IMG/VR virus record: IMGVR_UViG_3300009414_000001
Span: 1-64,000 of that record
Source: a virus
DNA length: 64,000 nt
Reading direction: 5' to 3' (one strand)
The translations under genes were made by a program, and so were the position numbers. Under the pieces are notes generated by a model. It was not told the DNA's origin and made no database searches. It saw only the letters and a list, made by a program, of their open reading frames with translations. Below, in pieces: positions 36,080 through 46,441 of the stretch. The stretch's first letter is position 1, and each line of letters starts with the position of its first letter.

Positions 36080-37576
36080 TTATTCATTTAACCAACTTTC
36101 TGCCTCTTCTAGCGCTCTTTTAGATGATTCTGGTACTTCTACGCTTGCTGGAACATATGGAACAAGCATTGCCATACAATAAGTATCAGATCTATCAGGC
36201 GATGATATGCCTTTTTTCTTCATCTCAGGCTTGGGCATCATAGCGTAAACGCCTTTGTCACTTAATGTGTAAGGCAGCTTAGATGCTTGCTCTTTGGTTT
36301 TATCGCTAGCATCAAGCCTACAGCGACCTTGCTGAATAGCATACTTGAATCTAAAGTGGCCTTGCGTGCGTTTGTGGTTAAAACGCTTCTTGTCGCTGGT
36401 GTTATGGCAGGAATCACCCCACTTCATCGCAATAACATCAACCTTAAACTCTTCCTCTAATCGCTGGGCAACCGTGCTACCTACACCATTAGCATCGACA
36501 GCAACCGTTATGTTTGGATAGATATCGCTATAACACTCTGAATAGATTATTTTAGCCATTGCATTAGATTTTATGCTGACTGGGTACTCTGTTAACTTAA
36601 CGGGCACTAAACGCCTGTTAAAATCATCTCCTGATATCTTTGCGATGAGAATAACTGACTTATCTCGACCATCACCGATATCAACCAGCGCAACATAACC
36701 CCAATCATTAGCAAGCTGTGGGTTTGCTCTCTGCGCTTTGGTACATTCTTGTATTGATAATAAATCGCCAGCGACTTGATCAGGAAATAAACCTAACACC
36801 CTTATTCGGTATTCTTCTGAATCTCGACCGCCAAACTCTCGCGCTTTTTCTAGTAAAAATTGCTTTGTGACAAAGCGACTCAGTTCACTGTTAAAAACTA
36901 ATGGCGTAAAGCCTGTGCTGTCGCCAGCTCTTTTCGTGTAGGTTGTTTGTGACTTGTAAAACACACCACTTAAGCGCGTAGGCTGAGACAATAAGAGCAT
37001 CCTATTGTCATCCTCTGTCATTGCGCCCGTCATAACATTAAAGGCTTTATCTGATACGCCAGAAGCCTCGTCGACAATATAGATGAAATGAGCATTATGC
37101 TCACCAGCAAGCGCCTCTTCTTGGCCTTGTTTACAGCTTTTTATGCGGCAATTCCATACGCCTTTATGTCCACGTATGAATAATTCCGTTTCAGTAAGTA
37201 TTATGTGATGGGCGAGCCATGGGTGACGTTTTTTGACTTCTGATATAACTATTCTTATGTTCTTCCAAACAGCCGCCCTAACCTGATCAACACTGTTAGC
37301 GACTAAATAGATCTGTGAGTTGGGATAACACAGCATGAATATCAGCACTATCATCGCTGAACTAAATGACTTACCCGTACCGTGACCCGAAGAGATGGAA
37401 ACTCGACTACCTGTTTGCGACACCTCATTAAGCATTATCATTTGCTGGGCGCTTGGGTGAAATTTAGGGGGTACTAAATAAAGCCACGCTTTCAGCCAAT
37501 CAAACCTAAAGCGCCTTACAAACTTTAAATACTGAGGTAATTTCGTTATAAGCTGCTTTTTCTTTCGCTTACTCAA
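36080..37576 (-). CDS. pacB: Terminase large subunit (P1 PacB)
   Basis: SGHGTGKS Walker A, EEALAGEH, IVDEASGV Walker B, SQPTR.SG, D.G.GRDKSV, SPDR.D. Confidence 0.95.
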   Translation of the reverse strand: MSKRKKKQLITKLPQYLKFVRRFRFDWLKAWLYLVPPKFHPSAQQMIMLNEVSQTGSRVSISSGHGTGKSFSSAMIVLIFMLCYPNSQIYLVANSVDQVRAAVWKNIRIVISEVKKRHPWLAHHIILTETELFIRGHKGVWNCRIKSCKQGQEEALAGEHNAHFIYIVDEASGVSDKAFNVMTGAMTEDDNRMLLLSQPTRLSGVFYKSQTTYTKRAGDSTGFTPLVFNSELSRFVTKQFLLEKAREFGGRDSEEYRIRVLGLFPDQVAGDLLSIQECTKAQRANPQLANDWGYVALVDIGDGRDKSVILIAKISGDDFNRRLVPVKLTEYPVSIKSNAMAKIIYSECYSDIYPNITVAVDANGVGSTVAQRLEEEFKVDVIAMKWGDSCHNTSDKKRFNHKRTQGHFRFKYAIQQGRCRLDASDKTKEQASKLPYTLSDKGVYAMMPKPEMKKKGISSPDRSDTYCMAMLVPYVPASVEVPESSKRALEEAESWLNE

Positions 37577-38576
37577 AATCTTTCTCGCTTAGTTCTTCAT
37601 CGCCATTATCATGCCCTACACTGATGCCGCCATTAAACGCACTCTCTAGTGAAGTAATTTTCGCCAGCTCTGCACCTAATGACTTCTCGAACTCTATAAC
37701 CTCTAAGCTAAATTCTTCATCTGTCATGCCTTCTTCTGGCGTCTCTTCTGGTGGTTCAAGGAAGGTTATTTCTTTTTCCATTTCTTTAGTTAAGGAAATA
37801 GGAGGCTCTACCCCGAAAGCTTCAATAAGCCTTACCGTGTCTGTAGCATTCAGATTATCTCTAAAGCGCTCTTCATAGGCGTTATTGATAATTTGAAGTT
37901 CTTCTAGGCGTGTATAGTTACTCAGCTCACGCCTTTTCACTTCTATTTCGACTTGTCGCTTCTGAACTTGCGAGATTGTTTCAGCCAACCCTGTCAGTGA
38001 AGGAGTTATTGCAGCATCACAACGATAACGCTTAAGCACATGAGACTCGCCCTCATTCCACTCAGTCTTGTCGGGTATTTCCTCACTTTCATACAAGTGA
38101 TCAATAGCGCTGTGCATATTCGATTGATTTTGCAGTACGAATTCAAGTTGAGCATAAAGAACCGTTAGCACTCGCTCCAATGGAACAGCTGAATCACTGG
38201 TATCTCGATCCATGTTGATAACCGCCCGTTTAACAATAGGCGCTGGTATATTTTCAATAGGAGTAATAACGCCTGTTTTCTTGGCGTTTGAGTTATTAGC
38301 GCGAGCACCTGTTTTTTTGGGTGCTTTTTTAACGATCGTTGTCGATCTGTTTTTTTTGGCTTTGGAATTGGTTTTTTTTTGAGAGTTGCCCTTTTTAGCG
38401 CCATTACTTAGGAATTCTCTCGCCTTTTTTGTGCTGATATGGCGCTTAGCTGAGCCGAAAGGGATGCCTTTTTTCTCGCAATATGCTTGTACTGAAATTT
38501 GCTCAGTATCTAGTAACTTAGCGTATTCTGCTAAGTGTTCAGCCCAATTTATTCGCTCTGCCAACCCAAACTCCAA
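37569..38576 (-). CDS. pacA: Terminase small subunit (P1 PacA)
   Basis: W.EH..., QAYC...GI...SAKRH N-terminus; IEA.G...P..L C-terminal part; overlaps pacB; true start may be TTG at 38564. Confidence 0.8.
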   Translation of the reverse strand: MEFGLAERINWAEHLAEYAKLLDTEQISVQAYCEKKGIPFGSAKRHISTKKAREFLSNGAKKGNSQKKTNSKAKKNRSTTIVKKAPKKTGARANNSNAKKTGVITPIENIPAPIVKRAVINMDRDTSDSAVPLERVLTVLYAQLEFVLQNQSNMHSAIDHLYESEEIPDKTEWNEGESHVLKRYRCDAAITPSLTGLAETISQVQKRQVEIEVKRRELSNYTRLEELQIINNAYEERFRDNLNATDTVRLIEAFGVEPPISLTKEMEKEITFLEPPEETPEEGMTDEEFSLEVIEFEKSLGAELAKITSLESAFNGGISVGHDNGDEELSEKDFE

Positions 38577-38647
38577 GCCGTGTTACTGGCTCTAAAACCT
38601 TTAATGGGCTACATCCTAACAAATAAACTAGTTCGCTAAAATTAAAA

Positions 38648-38736
38648 AGTGCGAAAACTGCGAAAAAAGGATCGAATGAGAGTGCGAAAAGTGCGAATTT
38701 CGCATAAAAAAAAGTGCGAAAATTCGCACTTTTTTT
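38648..38736. repeat. TGCGAA direct/inverted repeat cluster (candidate centromere or pac site) ending in a hairpin
   Basis: 5 TGCGAA and 2 TTCGCA in about 80 bp. Confidence 0.7.
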
Positions 38737-38774
38737 GAGGTAACTTAAATTTTTTAAACTTTGCTTATATTGCG

Positions 38775-39092
38775 CTACATATTGTCCTTGATAGCAGATA
38801 TAAGCTGGTCTTCGTCGATTTCTTCACGCATAGAAAGCAGGCCACGGATAATCATGCTACGAGTAATACCACGACCTCTTCTGCCTGTTGTTTCGGTTAA
38901 TTCATCAGCCCACTGCCCAAACTCTTCATACTCACCATCAGAACAGCGGTATGAGTGCTGCTCTAATGAGTTGCTATCAGACGTTTTACTGGTCTTTTTT
39001 AATTTCTTTTTTTCTTTTTTTTCAGCATTAAGACGAGCGTTGAAAGCAGACGTCTTACTTGCTGGTATTTCTTTATTTTTTTGTGTTGCCAT
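38775..39092 (-). CDS. Small partition partner (ParG/RHH-like)
   Basis: 105 aa, coupled to parA; HSYRC strand followed by helices ITRSMIIRGLL. Confidence 0.55.
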   Translation of the reverse strand: MATQKNKEIPASKTSAFNARLNAEKKEKKKLKKTSKTSDSNSLEQHSYRCSDGEYEEFGQWADELTETTGRRGRGITRSMIIRGLLSMREEIDEDQLISAIKDNM

Positions 39093-39868
39093 TATTCAAG
39101 CACCTCTACTATTTCCTTTGTTAATTCTTTGTATTTCATGGCGACAACAGAGCCTTTCTTATAGGCACACACCGCTTGGTTAGCTACTATCGACTTGCTG
39201 ACGTTTGCGCATCGATTAATTTCAGCTTCAAATCTAGGTATTAGATTCTCTGCAATGTCATGGTCTATCAAATCATTCTCGATAGATGCCCTGCCATCCT
39301 TCATCGTGCGGAACATATAGCACAGCGGCATATCATCTTCTCGCAAGTCCAAAACCTTACTATATAGAGAGGCTGTCGCTTCAACTGACACAACATCACC
39401 GATAGGGCTTACAATCAAATCAGCTATGTTTATTGCATTAAGTGCAGACAAATCTAAAGAAGGCGCACAATCAATTACTATGTAGTCAAAATCATCGACA
39501 ACACCCTTTAGTGCTTTTTCTAATATTTGCTCTCTACGTGTTCTTTGGTGAGCTGCTATCACTGCCTCACCAAATAACGGCGAGGCTGGCGCTATAAATA
39601 AATTATCAATTTCTTCCTCTGTCTTTCCGTCAACAGCAGGAACAATAGCCTTAATCACCTCCACACCTTTAGTTGCAAACACATCGGTCATGGTTACATC
39701 AAACGAATACGAGCCACCTGTCATCACCCTAGACCCGTTTCCTTGATGGTCTAAATCTACCATAAGCACCATACTGCCTTGCTTAGCCAGACAGTAACTT
39801 ACATTCTTAGCGGTATCGGTTTTGCCAACACCGCCCTTACCATTTGCTACAACAATAATCTTAGCCAT
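39092..39868 (-). CDS. parA: ParA/Soj-family partition ATPase (type Ib)
   Basis: NGKGGVGKT, VDLDHQGN, DYIVIDCAPSL; start at MAKIIVV (39868). Confidence 0.9.
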   Translation of the reverse strand: MAKIIVVANGKGGVGKTDTAKNVSYCLAKQGSMVLMVDLDHQGNGSRVMTGGSYSFDVTMTDVFATKGVEVIKAIVPAVDGKTEEEIDNLFIAPASPLFGEAVIAAHQRTRREQILEKALKGVVDDFDYIVIDCAPSLDLSALNAINIADLIVSPIGDVVSVEATASLYSKVLDLREDDMPLCYMFRTMKDGRASIENDLIDHDIAENLIPRFEAEINRCANVSKSIVANQAVCAYKKGSVVAMKYKELTKEIVEVLE

Positions 39869-40034
39869 TACGACTCCTTTTTTTGTACCATTGCAATGAT
39901 GATAGCTCATTACAAACACAATTAACACACAAATAAATAACTTTTAACATACATACGAAATACATATAAAACACAATATACTTTCAACACAAAAAAAGAG
40001 CACCTAAGCACTCTTACATTTAGCTATTTGTAAG

Positions 40035-40538
40035 CTATAAAGATTTTATATATTTATATAAATGCTCTTCCCATTCCGTGATACTCATATCGCTAAGTCT
40101 GTCGATTCTTATTGAAGTCTCAACAACCGCATCACCGTCTTTAGTGAACATAGCAATACCTACAACACGCTGAAATTCGAAGTTGTAACCGTACTTAGCA
40201 GCCATCTTACAAATACCATCCTCGGTTACTCTTGGCTTACCATTCGCTGTATAATCTTTGAGATCTTCTTTGTTGATACTGCTAGCAGAATCAGTTAAAA
40301 CATGATTACCTTGTTTATCCAGCTTAAGTAAGCTCTTTTCAACCATATCGTTAACCACACGACCATGCACAGCCATAGGAACTTGCTTTTTACTGCTCTC
40401 GCTTGTGACCAGTAGCGGCACTCCGCTTTTACTATCAAAAACGACCCTACTGCCTATGTTCTTTTTTCTACCTAATACTAGGCCGCTATCAGAAAGTAGC
40501 GCACCAATCACATCAGCTTGTTGTTTTGTTAAAATCAT
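40035..40538 (-). CDS. Hypothetical protein
   Basis: 167 aa ORF overlapping pmgM. Confidence 0.55.
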   Translation of the reverse strand: MILTKQQADVIGALLSDSGLVLGRKKNIGSRVVFDSKSGVPLLVTSESSKKQVPMAVHGRVVNDMVEKSLLKLDKQGNHVLTDSASSINKEDLKDYTANGKPRVTEDGICKMAAKYGYNFEFQRVVGIAMFTKDGDAVVETSIRIDRLSDMSITEWEEHLYKYIKSL

Positions 40539-41106
40539 TGTTTATTACCATTGGATTAAATTTCGTATTGGGTAACATCATATAAAGCTCTATAGCTCGT
40601 ATAGCTTCCTCGCAACCCCATGCCTTAACTGAATAATACCCGTTATCGTGTAGCAATTCTAATCTTGCTTGTTGAGCTTCCGACACTCTGCCTTTTTTCT
40701 TGTCTTTTTGCTTTAATTCTAGCCTTAAACCGAAATAACCACCCTTAGCGATATCTAGCTGCATATCAGGATAGCCCTTCTTTAGACCTTCTGCATTCAA
40801 GTCTATCGCTGTTTTAGTGTGCCTTTGACCTCCGTTCGGAACAGAAACCAACGACTCATAGATGATTTGGTTATTAATTGAAAAATGATAGAACACTCGA
40901 ACCTGATCATAATGCTCATGCTTGCCTTTTATTAACTCAGGCTTTCTAGCAAGCTTTTCAAGTGCGATTTTGTGTGGGCATTTACTCACCTCAAACGTTG
41001 CCAAGCCCTTTTTGCTAACGGATAAAGGACACTTTTTCGCAGTTTTCTTCTTTTTTCGCTTAGCCTGAAATTCATTAAGATCAAACTCTGACATTCTTAA
41101 AGTCAT
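40513..41106 (-). CDS. pmgM: VRR-NUC domain nuclease (P1 PmgM-like)
   Basis: PH..AL..LA..P.L, EH..Q, PNGG.R, AEG.KKGYPD, G.R.ELK, Q. Confidence 0.85.
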   Translation of the reverse strand: MTLRMSEFDLNEFQAKRKKKKTAKKCPLSVSKKGLATFEVSKCPHKIALEKLARKPELIKGKHEHYDQVRVFYHFSINNQIIYESLVSVPNGGQRHTKTAIDLNAEGLKKGYPDMQLDIAKGGYFGLRLELKQKDKKKGRVSEAQQARLELLHDNGYYSVKAWGCEEAIRAIELYMMLPNTKFNPMVINNDFNKTTS

Positions 41107-41291
41107 TACTCATTTTCTCGTAAATTGTGCGCTGTTATTTTATCTTTGCTAATCAAAACGATCCTTTAACATTCGGACTTAACGGACGTACAAATCGTGC
41201 AAAAAGTAACCTGCAAAACCAAGTGTCTTAATTCGCTTTTAAAATCAACAGCTTGCTCTTAACTTCGGCTTTAAGTGCTAGACTGTCCGAA

Positions 41292-41894
41292 TTAACCGAA
41301 TAAAGCCTTGTCACCAGCAACATATGTATCAACCAAATCCTCTTCATCATTATCAAGATAGTTTATTGTTGTTTCTGGCTTACTGTGATTTAAAAGCTGC
41401 TGTATTTCTTCAAGTGTGCAACCATTTTGCTCTCTCAAGCGTGAACCAGACTTTCTTAACGAATGCGTACCTAAATTTACATTGCCTAACCGACCTATTG
41501 AGCGCCTATATCTCATTACATCGATTTCAACTTCACACATCCACTCCCACACCCTGCCTCTGCTGATAGGGTTTCGACCACCACCGTAGCGACTTTCAAA
41601 TAAATACTTGTCATTAGGAAACTTAAGGCGCATTTCAGTTAATATTTTTATTGCATGTGGTGTTAACGTGATCAGCTTCTTTTTCTTTGTTTTACCTTCA
41701 ATTATTTTGAATTGACCTACATCAAGAGCAGCATCTATTTGCTTTGTAGTTAATCTTAATAAATCACTAATCCTTAGCGCCCACAAAGCTGTTAACTCTG
41801 CTATCCAGCGAGCTTTTATACCTCGTTTTTTCTCTAACGAGTCTAAAATCACATGGAACTCATCTTTATTTCTAGCGCTATGAACTTTACTCAT
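41292..41894 (-). CDS. Short tyrosine recombinase (catalytic domain only)
   Basis: LRISDLL, EGKTKK, GTHSLRK, LLNHS....T..YL. Confidence 0.85.
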   Translation of the reverse strand: MSKVHSARNKDEFHVILDSLEKKRGIKARWIAELTALWALRISDLLRLTTKQIDAALDVGQFKIIEGKTKKKKLITLTPHAIKILTEMRLKFPNDKYLFESRYGGGRNPISRGRVWEWMCEVEIDVMRYRRSIGRLGNVNLGTHSLRKSGSRLREQNGCTLEEIQQLLNHSKPETTINYLDNDEEDLVDTYVAGDKALFG

Positions 41895-42025
41895 GATGAA
41901 ATATTTACAGTCCCTTTTCGTCTTGATGAATGAGCTGAATGACTGCTTTTATTTTCAGTCGCTATATTTTTTTTGCTGATTAAGAACTCAAAAGCTCTTC
42001 TGCGTTTTGATACTGACTTTTTCAT
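41891..42025 (-). CDS. Possible small basic protein
   Basis: MKKSVSKRRR..., fills the gap with an ATGA overlap. Confidence 0.3.
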   Translation of the reverse strand: MKKSVSKRRRAFEFLISKKNIATENKSSHSAHSSRRKGTVNISS

Positions 42026-42026
42026 G

Positions 42027-43292
42027 TTATTTTTTCTTTTTCCGTTTAGCTCTGTTTTTAGCTCGCTTAGATTCACTCATCTTTGAACTAATACGCTTAA
42101 TCTTATCGACCTTCTCATCACGACTTAATGAATCATGCTCAGCAAGCACAGCAGCCCCCGTCACAACGTTTGCAGTTTCAGGGCTTATATCTCCGCCTGC
42201 TCTTAATTCTTTTAATGCTTTTCTAGCTTTGGCTTTTGACATTACATTTGAATTATTAACTTGCTTAGCCTTCTTAGCGACATACGTTGTCCTAGAAGCA
42301 AGCTCAGCTTGTTTTTTATCAAAATGCTCTTGCACCTGTTCGAAGTTAACATCAGCAATCAATTCTGAAATTTCTTTCCTCTCAAAAGCGGTAGGCATAG
42401 AGACAGCTGTGTTAGCAGCAAAGATAACTGCATTTTCTTCATCAGTTCCGCACAACACCATCCGTGAAATTCCGTTAGGATGATGAAAGGAGAAAACTGG
42501 CTTATTCATATCAAGCTCAGTGCCATCTACTGCACTAGGCCGCTCTTCACCTACAGGCTGAACGCCAAGGTAAGTCAACCAAGTACCACGGCGTTTATTT
42601 TCCCAAAGTACTTGTTTACCAGAAATTGCCACCAACTCTCGCGCATCTTTCAATTCAGCAAGAGCCTCTTTAAGTTTGTCATTCAGCATTTTGGTACTGC
42701 TGTTGTACTGGGCACGCTCTGATCTAAGTTTCGTTAATTCTTGTTGAAATGACTTTTCAGCTTTTATAAATTTTCCTGCTGACTCATTCTCACGCTTAAC
42801 AGCAGAAGACACTTTATCTTTTGATTTGCTTAGCTTAACCATTAACTGTCTATTTGCTTCGTGAGATTGCTCAAGAGCAGGCTTTAGATCAGATAACTCA
42901 TTTACCAGTGATTTGTTTGTTTCAGTTAGTTCAGCATTTAATACGCCATTATCTTTTAATGTCTTTACAGAGTTTTCTGACTCTTTTAATTTTTTAGCAA
43001 GGTTTAGTCTTATACGGTCATGCTCTTTAAGAGATATATACCCAGTACTAACTTTTTCTACTCGATACTCTATTTTTGGTGGTTTAATTCTTTCTTGCTC
43101 TAACTGCCAATTTAATGATGAGACTGTTGCACTAGATCTAGCTAGCTCATCTTTTGTCTTTTGATGGTCAACTGTTTTTTGTAAAAGCAATAATTGAAGA
43201 GAGCTGCTAATTTCATCTTCTAGCTCTCTTGGTATTTCATAGCTGAAACTTTGCACTGCTTTTTGTATTTCTTCATTAAACTGCGTCGACAT
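42027..43292 (-). CDS. Coiled-coil protein of unknown function
   Basis: 421 aa; long heptad-rich N-terminal half. Confidence 0.65.
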   Translation of the reverse strand: MSTQFNEEIQKAVQSFSYEIPRELEDEISSSLQLLLLQKTVDHQKTKDELARSSATVSSLNWQLEQERIKPPKIEYRVEKVSTGYISLKEHDRIRLNLAKKLKESENSVKTLKDNGVLNAELTETNKSLVNELSDLKPALEQSHEANRQLMVKLSKSKDKVSSAVKRENESAGKFIKAEKSFQQELTKLRSERAQYNSSTKMLNDKLKEALAELKDARELVAISGKQVLWENKRRGTWLTYLGVQPVGEERPSAVDGTELDMNKPVFSFHHPNGISRMVLCGTDEENAVIFAANTAVSMPTAFERKEISELIADVNFEQVQEHFDKKQAELASRTTYVAKKAKQVNNSNVMSKAKARKALKELRAGGDISPETANVVTGAAVLAEHDSLSRDEKVDKIKRISSKMSESKRAKNRAKRKKKK

Positions 43293-43803
43293 TTTATAAA
43301 TCTCATTTCATTAAGTTTTAGCAACCCCCTTTCTATTAAAGGGTTAATCTAATGCAATACTATAATTTTTTAAATTTTGGTTCAAGTTGTTAGTACATTT
43401 AATTAAAAAATAGGCAATCAGAAAGGTATAGCTTCTTTTTTATACAAAAAGTGATGACCGTTCACCAATACAGTTAAATTCACTTAAGATCCTTTGATTG
43501 GATCTACTCACTACGTTATGAATTCATCTTTTAATGGGGCAAACGAATAAAATAAGCTTATTAACACAAACTAACACCCAAGTTAGCGATCTAATAAAAT
43601 AAGCCGCTTAATTGCCTTGTAGACGTTCTTTATCTTTCAAGATGATCAAATAAAAATTTATTGTTTACTCTTGGAGCGCCAGCGACTTAATAAGATATAA
43701 ATATATATTTAGATATAGTAGATAATAATAGATAGCGTATATTTCGTGTACAGCAACAAACCCAGTGGTAGCAGTAGTTACAAGGTTTTTTTTCATATAT
43801 GAG

Positions 43804-43906
43804 GTTATGCGATAGTACTGTTAAAGTTATGTGATAGTACTCTTTTGGTTATCCGATAGTACGCAAATAGTTATGTGATAGTACTCTTTTGGTTATCCGA
43901 TAGTAC
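43804..43906. repeat. Iteron array A: 5 x GTTAT(G/C)(C/T)GATAGTAC, 22-bp period
   Basis: Copies at 43804, 43826, 43848, 43870, 43892; AT-rich tract upstream. Confidence 0.9.
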
Positions 43907-44378
43907 TGTTAAAAATGGCTATAAAAGCCTTAAAACACAGCTTATACAGGGTTAGTAACAACATACTAACAGATTTACTAACAAGTCTATTTTAGCTTTT
44001 AACGCCTTGATAGCTTTAAAATCACTTAAAAGCGGTAGTTGATGAATGCAAAAAAGTAAAGGATCGTTTGGTATTGTTAATAGCTCTACACGTTAATATT
44101 TGCTATCAAATAACGGTTATTGCATTCATTGCGATAGCTAACTTGCCTTATAGCCCTAAGCCACTCAAATTGACTCACAGGAGCTAACGGCTGTTTTTTC
44201 TATTCTTGTTTGTTTTAACTGTCAGGATCCCACTGTAGGAATGATTGCACTTAACTAAACAATTAAATACAACATGAGGTAACGCTTGCGTTAGATCTTA
44301 CATTCTTTCTTCTTTCCCTTTCTTCTTTCTCTTTAGTGGGCTTTAACGAATTGATTTTAAAGAGGTAATAAGGCCACT

Positions 44379-44490
44379 TAACGACAGTTTAGAGCCTATC
44401 TAACGATACTTTAGAGACTAACTAACGACATTTTAGAGCCTAATAGACGACAATTTAGAGACTAACTAACGACAAAAATGATGTGGATAA
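44379..44490. repeat. Iteron array B (TAACGACA..TTAGAG, 22-bp period) plus DnaA box: plasmid origin
   Basis: Copies at 44379, 44401, 44423, 44445, 44467; TGTGGATAA at 44482-44490; inverted half-iterons at about 44551-44578. Confidence 0.9.
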
Positions 44491-44585
44491 GATCCTTTGT
44501 AGCGGAATAGCCAATAAAAAGCTTTATTTATGGATCGCATTACTGTTAACCTACGACAAAACAATAATATGTCGTTAGTAGTAAT

Positions 44586-45590
44586 ATGGATCATAAACCT
44601 AACTTAACCGTTGTACATAGCAATGACCTTTCTGAATTTAGTTACTCTTTGTCCCTTGATGAATTGAGAATATTAAACTTAGCGCTAACAAAGGTTGACA
44701 GCAGAAAGTCCAAAACTGGCGTCATATCCATACATGCATCTGAGTTTGCAGAGATGTATGACCTAGACAGGCATAATGTTTATAGAAACATGCGCAATGC
44801 CTTGAAGGAGATTAACAGAAAACCGATCAAAGTGCCCTACCTTGATGACAACAACAAACCAAGAGTAAGAGAGAAAACTTGGCTAACAGATCTCGACTAC
44901 TCTACCTTAGATGACTCTGATGAAGTTTTTATTGAGTTCAACCCTTCTATTCATGAGTATCTATTCGAATTAAAATCAAACTTTACTTCACTTAATTTTC
45001 AGTATGTTAGCCAGTTAAACACTCCCTTTTCATTTAGATTATACCAATGGCTAAATAAGGCTAGGAATTTAAATAAACACCAAAAAGGCTCTACTGTGGA
45101 AGTTGAGTTAAATGTTGACTGGATGAAAACAGTGTCAGGCTTAGATGATAAGTACAATAGGTGGGGAGACTTTAAAGACAGAGTTATTCACCCTGCGGTA
45201 AATCAGATAAATTCTAAAAGCGACTTGTCGGTAATGTATGAACCGCTAAAACGCTCAAGGTCAATTTATGCAGTTAGATTTGTTTATATAGTTGAAGCAA
45301 GCACGCCAGAGTTTTCACCTCCAACAAGGCCACGACTCTCAAGGCGTCCAAAAGTAAAATCAGGAACTCACCTTGAGGGGGAGTGGATGCGAACAAACTT
45401 AGCTCTCTTACTTAAATATGAAAAGGATTTAAAAACTTATGATCCTTCTGCAAAACTAACCATGGCTGACCTAAAAAAAATAGCGCAATACTCATCAATA
45501 TGTAGCCATCTTACCCATGAAAGGATCACCCAAGAGATAAAGCAAAGGCAAAATAAAAGGTTATCTAACGACAAAATAGAGATGAACTAA
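44586..45590 (+). CDS. repA: Rep3-family plasmid replication initiator
   Basis: VV.SN.L....Y.L...E.R, F.P....YL..LK..FT, S.RLY.W, Y....DFK.RV..PA...IN..SD. Confidence 0.9.
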   Translation: MDHKPNLTVVHSNDLSEFSYSLSLDELRILNLALTKVDSRKSKTGVISIHASEFAEMYDLDRHNVYRNMRNALKEINRKPIKVPYLDDNNKPRVREKTWLTDLDYSTLDDSDEVFIEFNPSIHEYLFELKSNFTSLNFQYVSQLNTPFSFRLYQWLNKARNLNKHQKGSTVEVELNVDWMKTVSGLDDKYNRWGDFKDRVIHPAVNQINSKSDLSVMYEPLKRSRSIYAVRFVYIVEASTPEFSPPTRPRLSRRPKVKSGTHLEGEWMRTNLALLLKYEKDLKTYDPSAKLTMADLKKIAQYSSICSHLTHERITQEIKQRQNKRLSNDKIEMN

Positions 45591-45754
45591 CGACAAAATA
45601 GAGATGAACTAACGACAATTTAGAGAACTTACCGCTAACAAAGCAGTTAAAACAGGATTACTAGCCACTTTTTTGGACAATAACCGCTCTTTGCAGGTCT
45701 ATTCGTGCCTCTATATCCCTTTAGGTGTAAAACTCTCTCTAAATTGTCGTTAGT
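45565..45754. repeat. Copy-control (incA-like) iterons downstream of rep
   Basis: CTAACGACAAAATAGAG x2 and CTAACGACAATTTAGAG at a 22-bp period; inverted copy at about 45736-45753. Confidence 0.85.
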
Positions 45755-45845
45755 TGGGGTAATTCCCATAGCAACACACTTGGGCTGCCAATAAAAACAC
45801 TATAGATTACAATGCACTAATAATAACCCCTTCCGCTCTTATTTC

Positions 45846-45887
45846 GTGACAGTCACGTTTAAATTATTAAATTAGCGTGACTGTCAC
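45846..45887. promoter_or_regulatory. Second pair of GTGAC-N-GTCAC palindromes
   Basis: 45846-45856 and 45877-45887. Confidence 0.55.
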
Positions 45888-46029
45888 ACCAACAACCCCA
45901 GTAAAAACACCTCGATTATCATTATTGCGCTTCGCGCACTAAAAACTTATTGCGTATTGCGCACTAAGCTGTATACTGTACTTATCCCTTGCGCTAGGGT
46001 GGACTAATAAGTAAGAAAAGGAAGTTTAT

Positions 46030-46296
46030 ATGCTAATTTTAGATATTAATGACCTAGCTGGCGCAATTGATAAGTTATCAGAAACCGCAAAAGGTGATGT
46101 AGTTGATTTTATCGAAACTCTTATGAGTGTAGATAAGATAAGTGACCTAAGCTCAATGTACGATGATTTATCAATTAGTGGTAATGCTTTTAATTACGTT
46201 ATTAAGGAAAACTATCAGCATGTTGTATTTGCTGTTTCAGGTGAAATTAATAACGATAATGAAATAGAAGTACTAACACTGAAAAGCTATGACTAG
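46030..46296 (+). CDS. Small acidic protein, possibly a degenerate HigB/RelE fold
   Basis: 88 aa, 17 D/E, 5 K, no R; upstream of the HigA-like gene. Confidence 0.55.
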   Translation: MLILDINDLAGAIDKLSETAKGDVVDFIETLMSVDKISDLSSMYDDLSISGNAFNYVIKENYQHVVFAVSGEINNDNEIEVLTLKSYD

Positions 46297-46441
46297 GTTA
46301 AAGGTAGGTGTTATTTTAGCGCCTACCTTATTTAATTCCTAATCTGCTTAAAACCCGAATAACATTATAAAAAAATAATACTAATAAGCTTAAAAAGCGA
46401 AACATAAAACTATAAACATAGAGTAAAAAACAGGAGTAGCT

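Noticed and set aside
44301-44334. Polypyrimidine tract near the origin
   Set aside because: No function can be assigned from sequence alone.
43804-44480. Regular repeats as a CRISPR array
   Set aside because: The period is 22 bp with only about 6-7 variable bases, there are no cas genes, and a rep gene and DnaA box are adjacent: these are iterons.
45945-45995. LexA/SOS box before the HigA-like module
   Set aside because: CTGT half-sites are present but there is no ACAG at N8 spacing.
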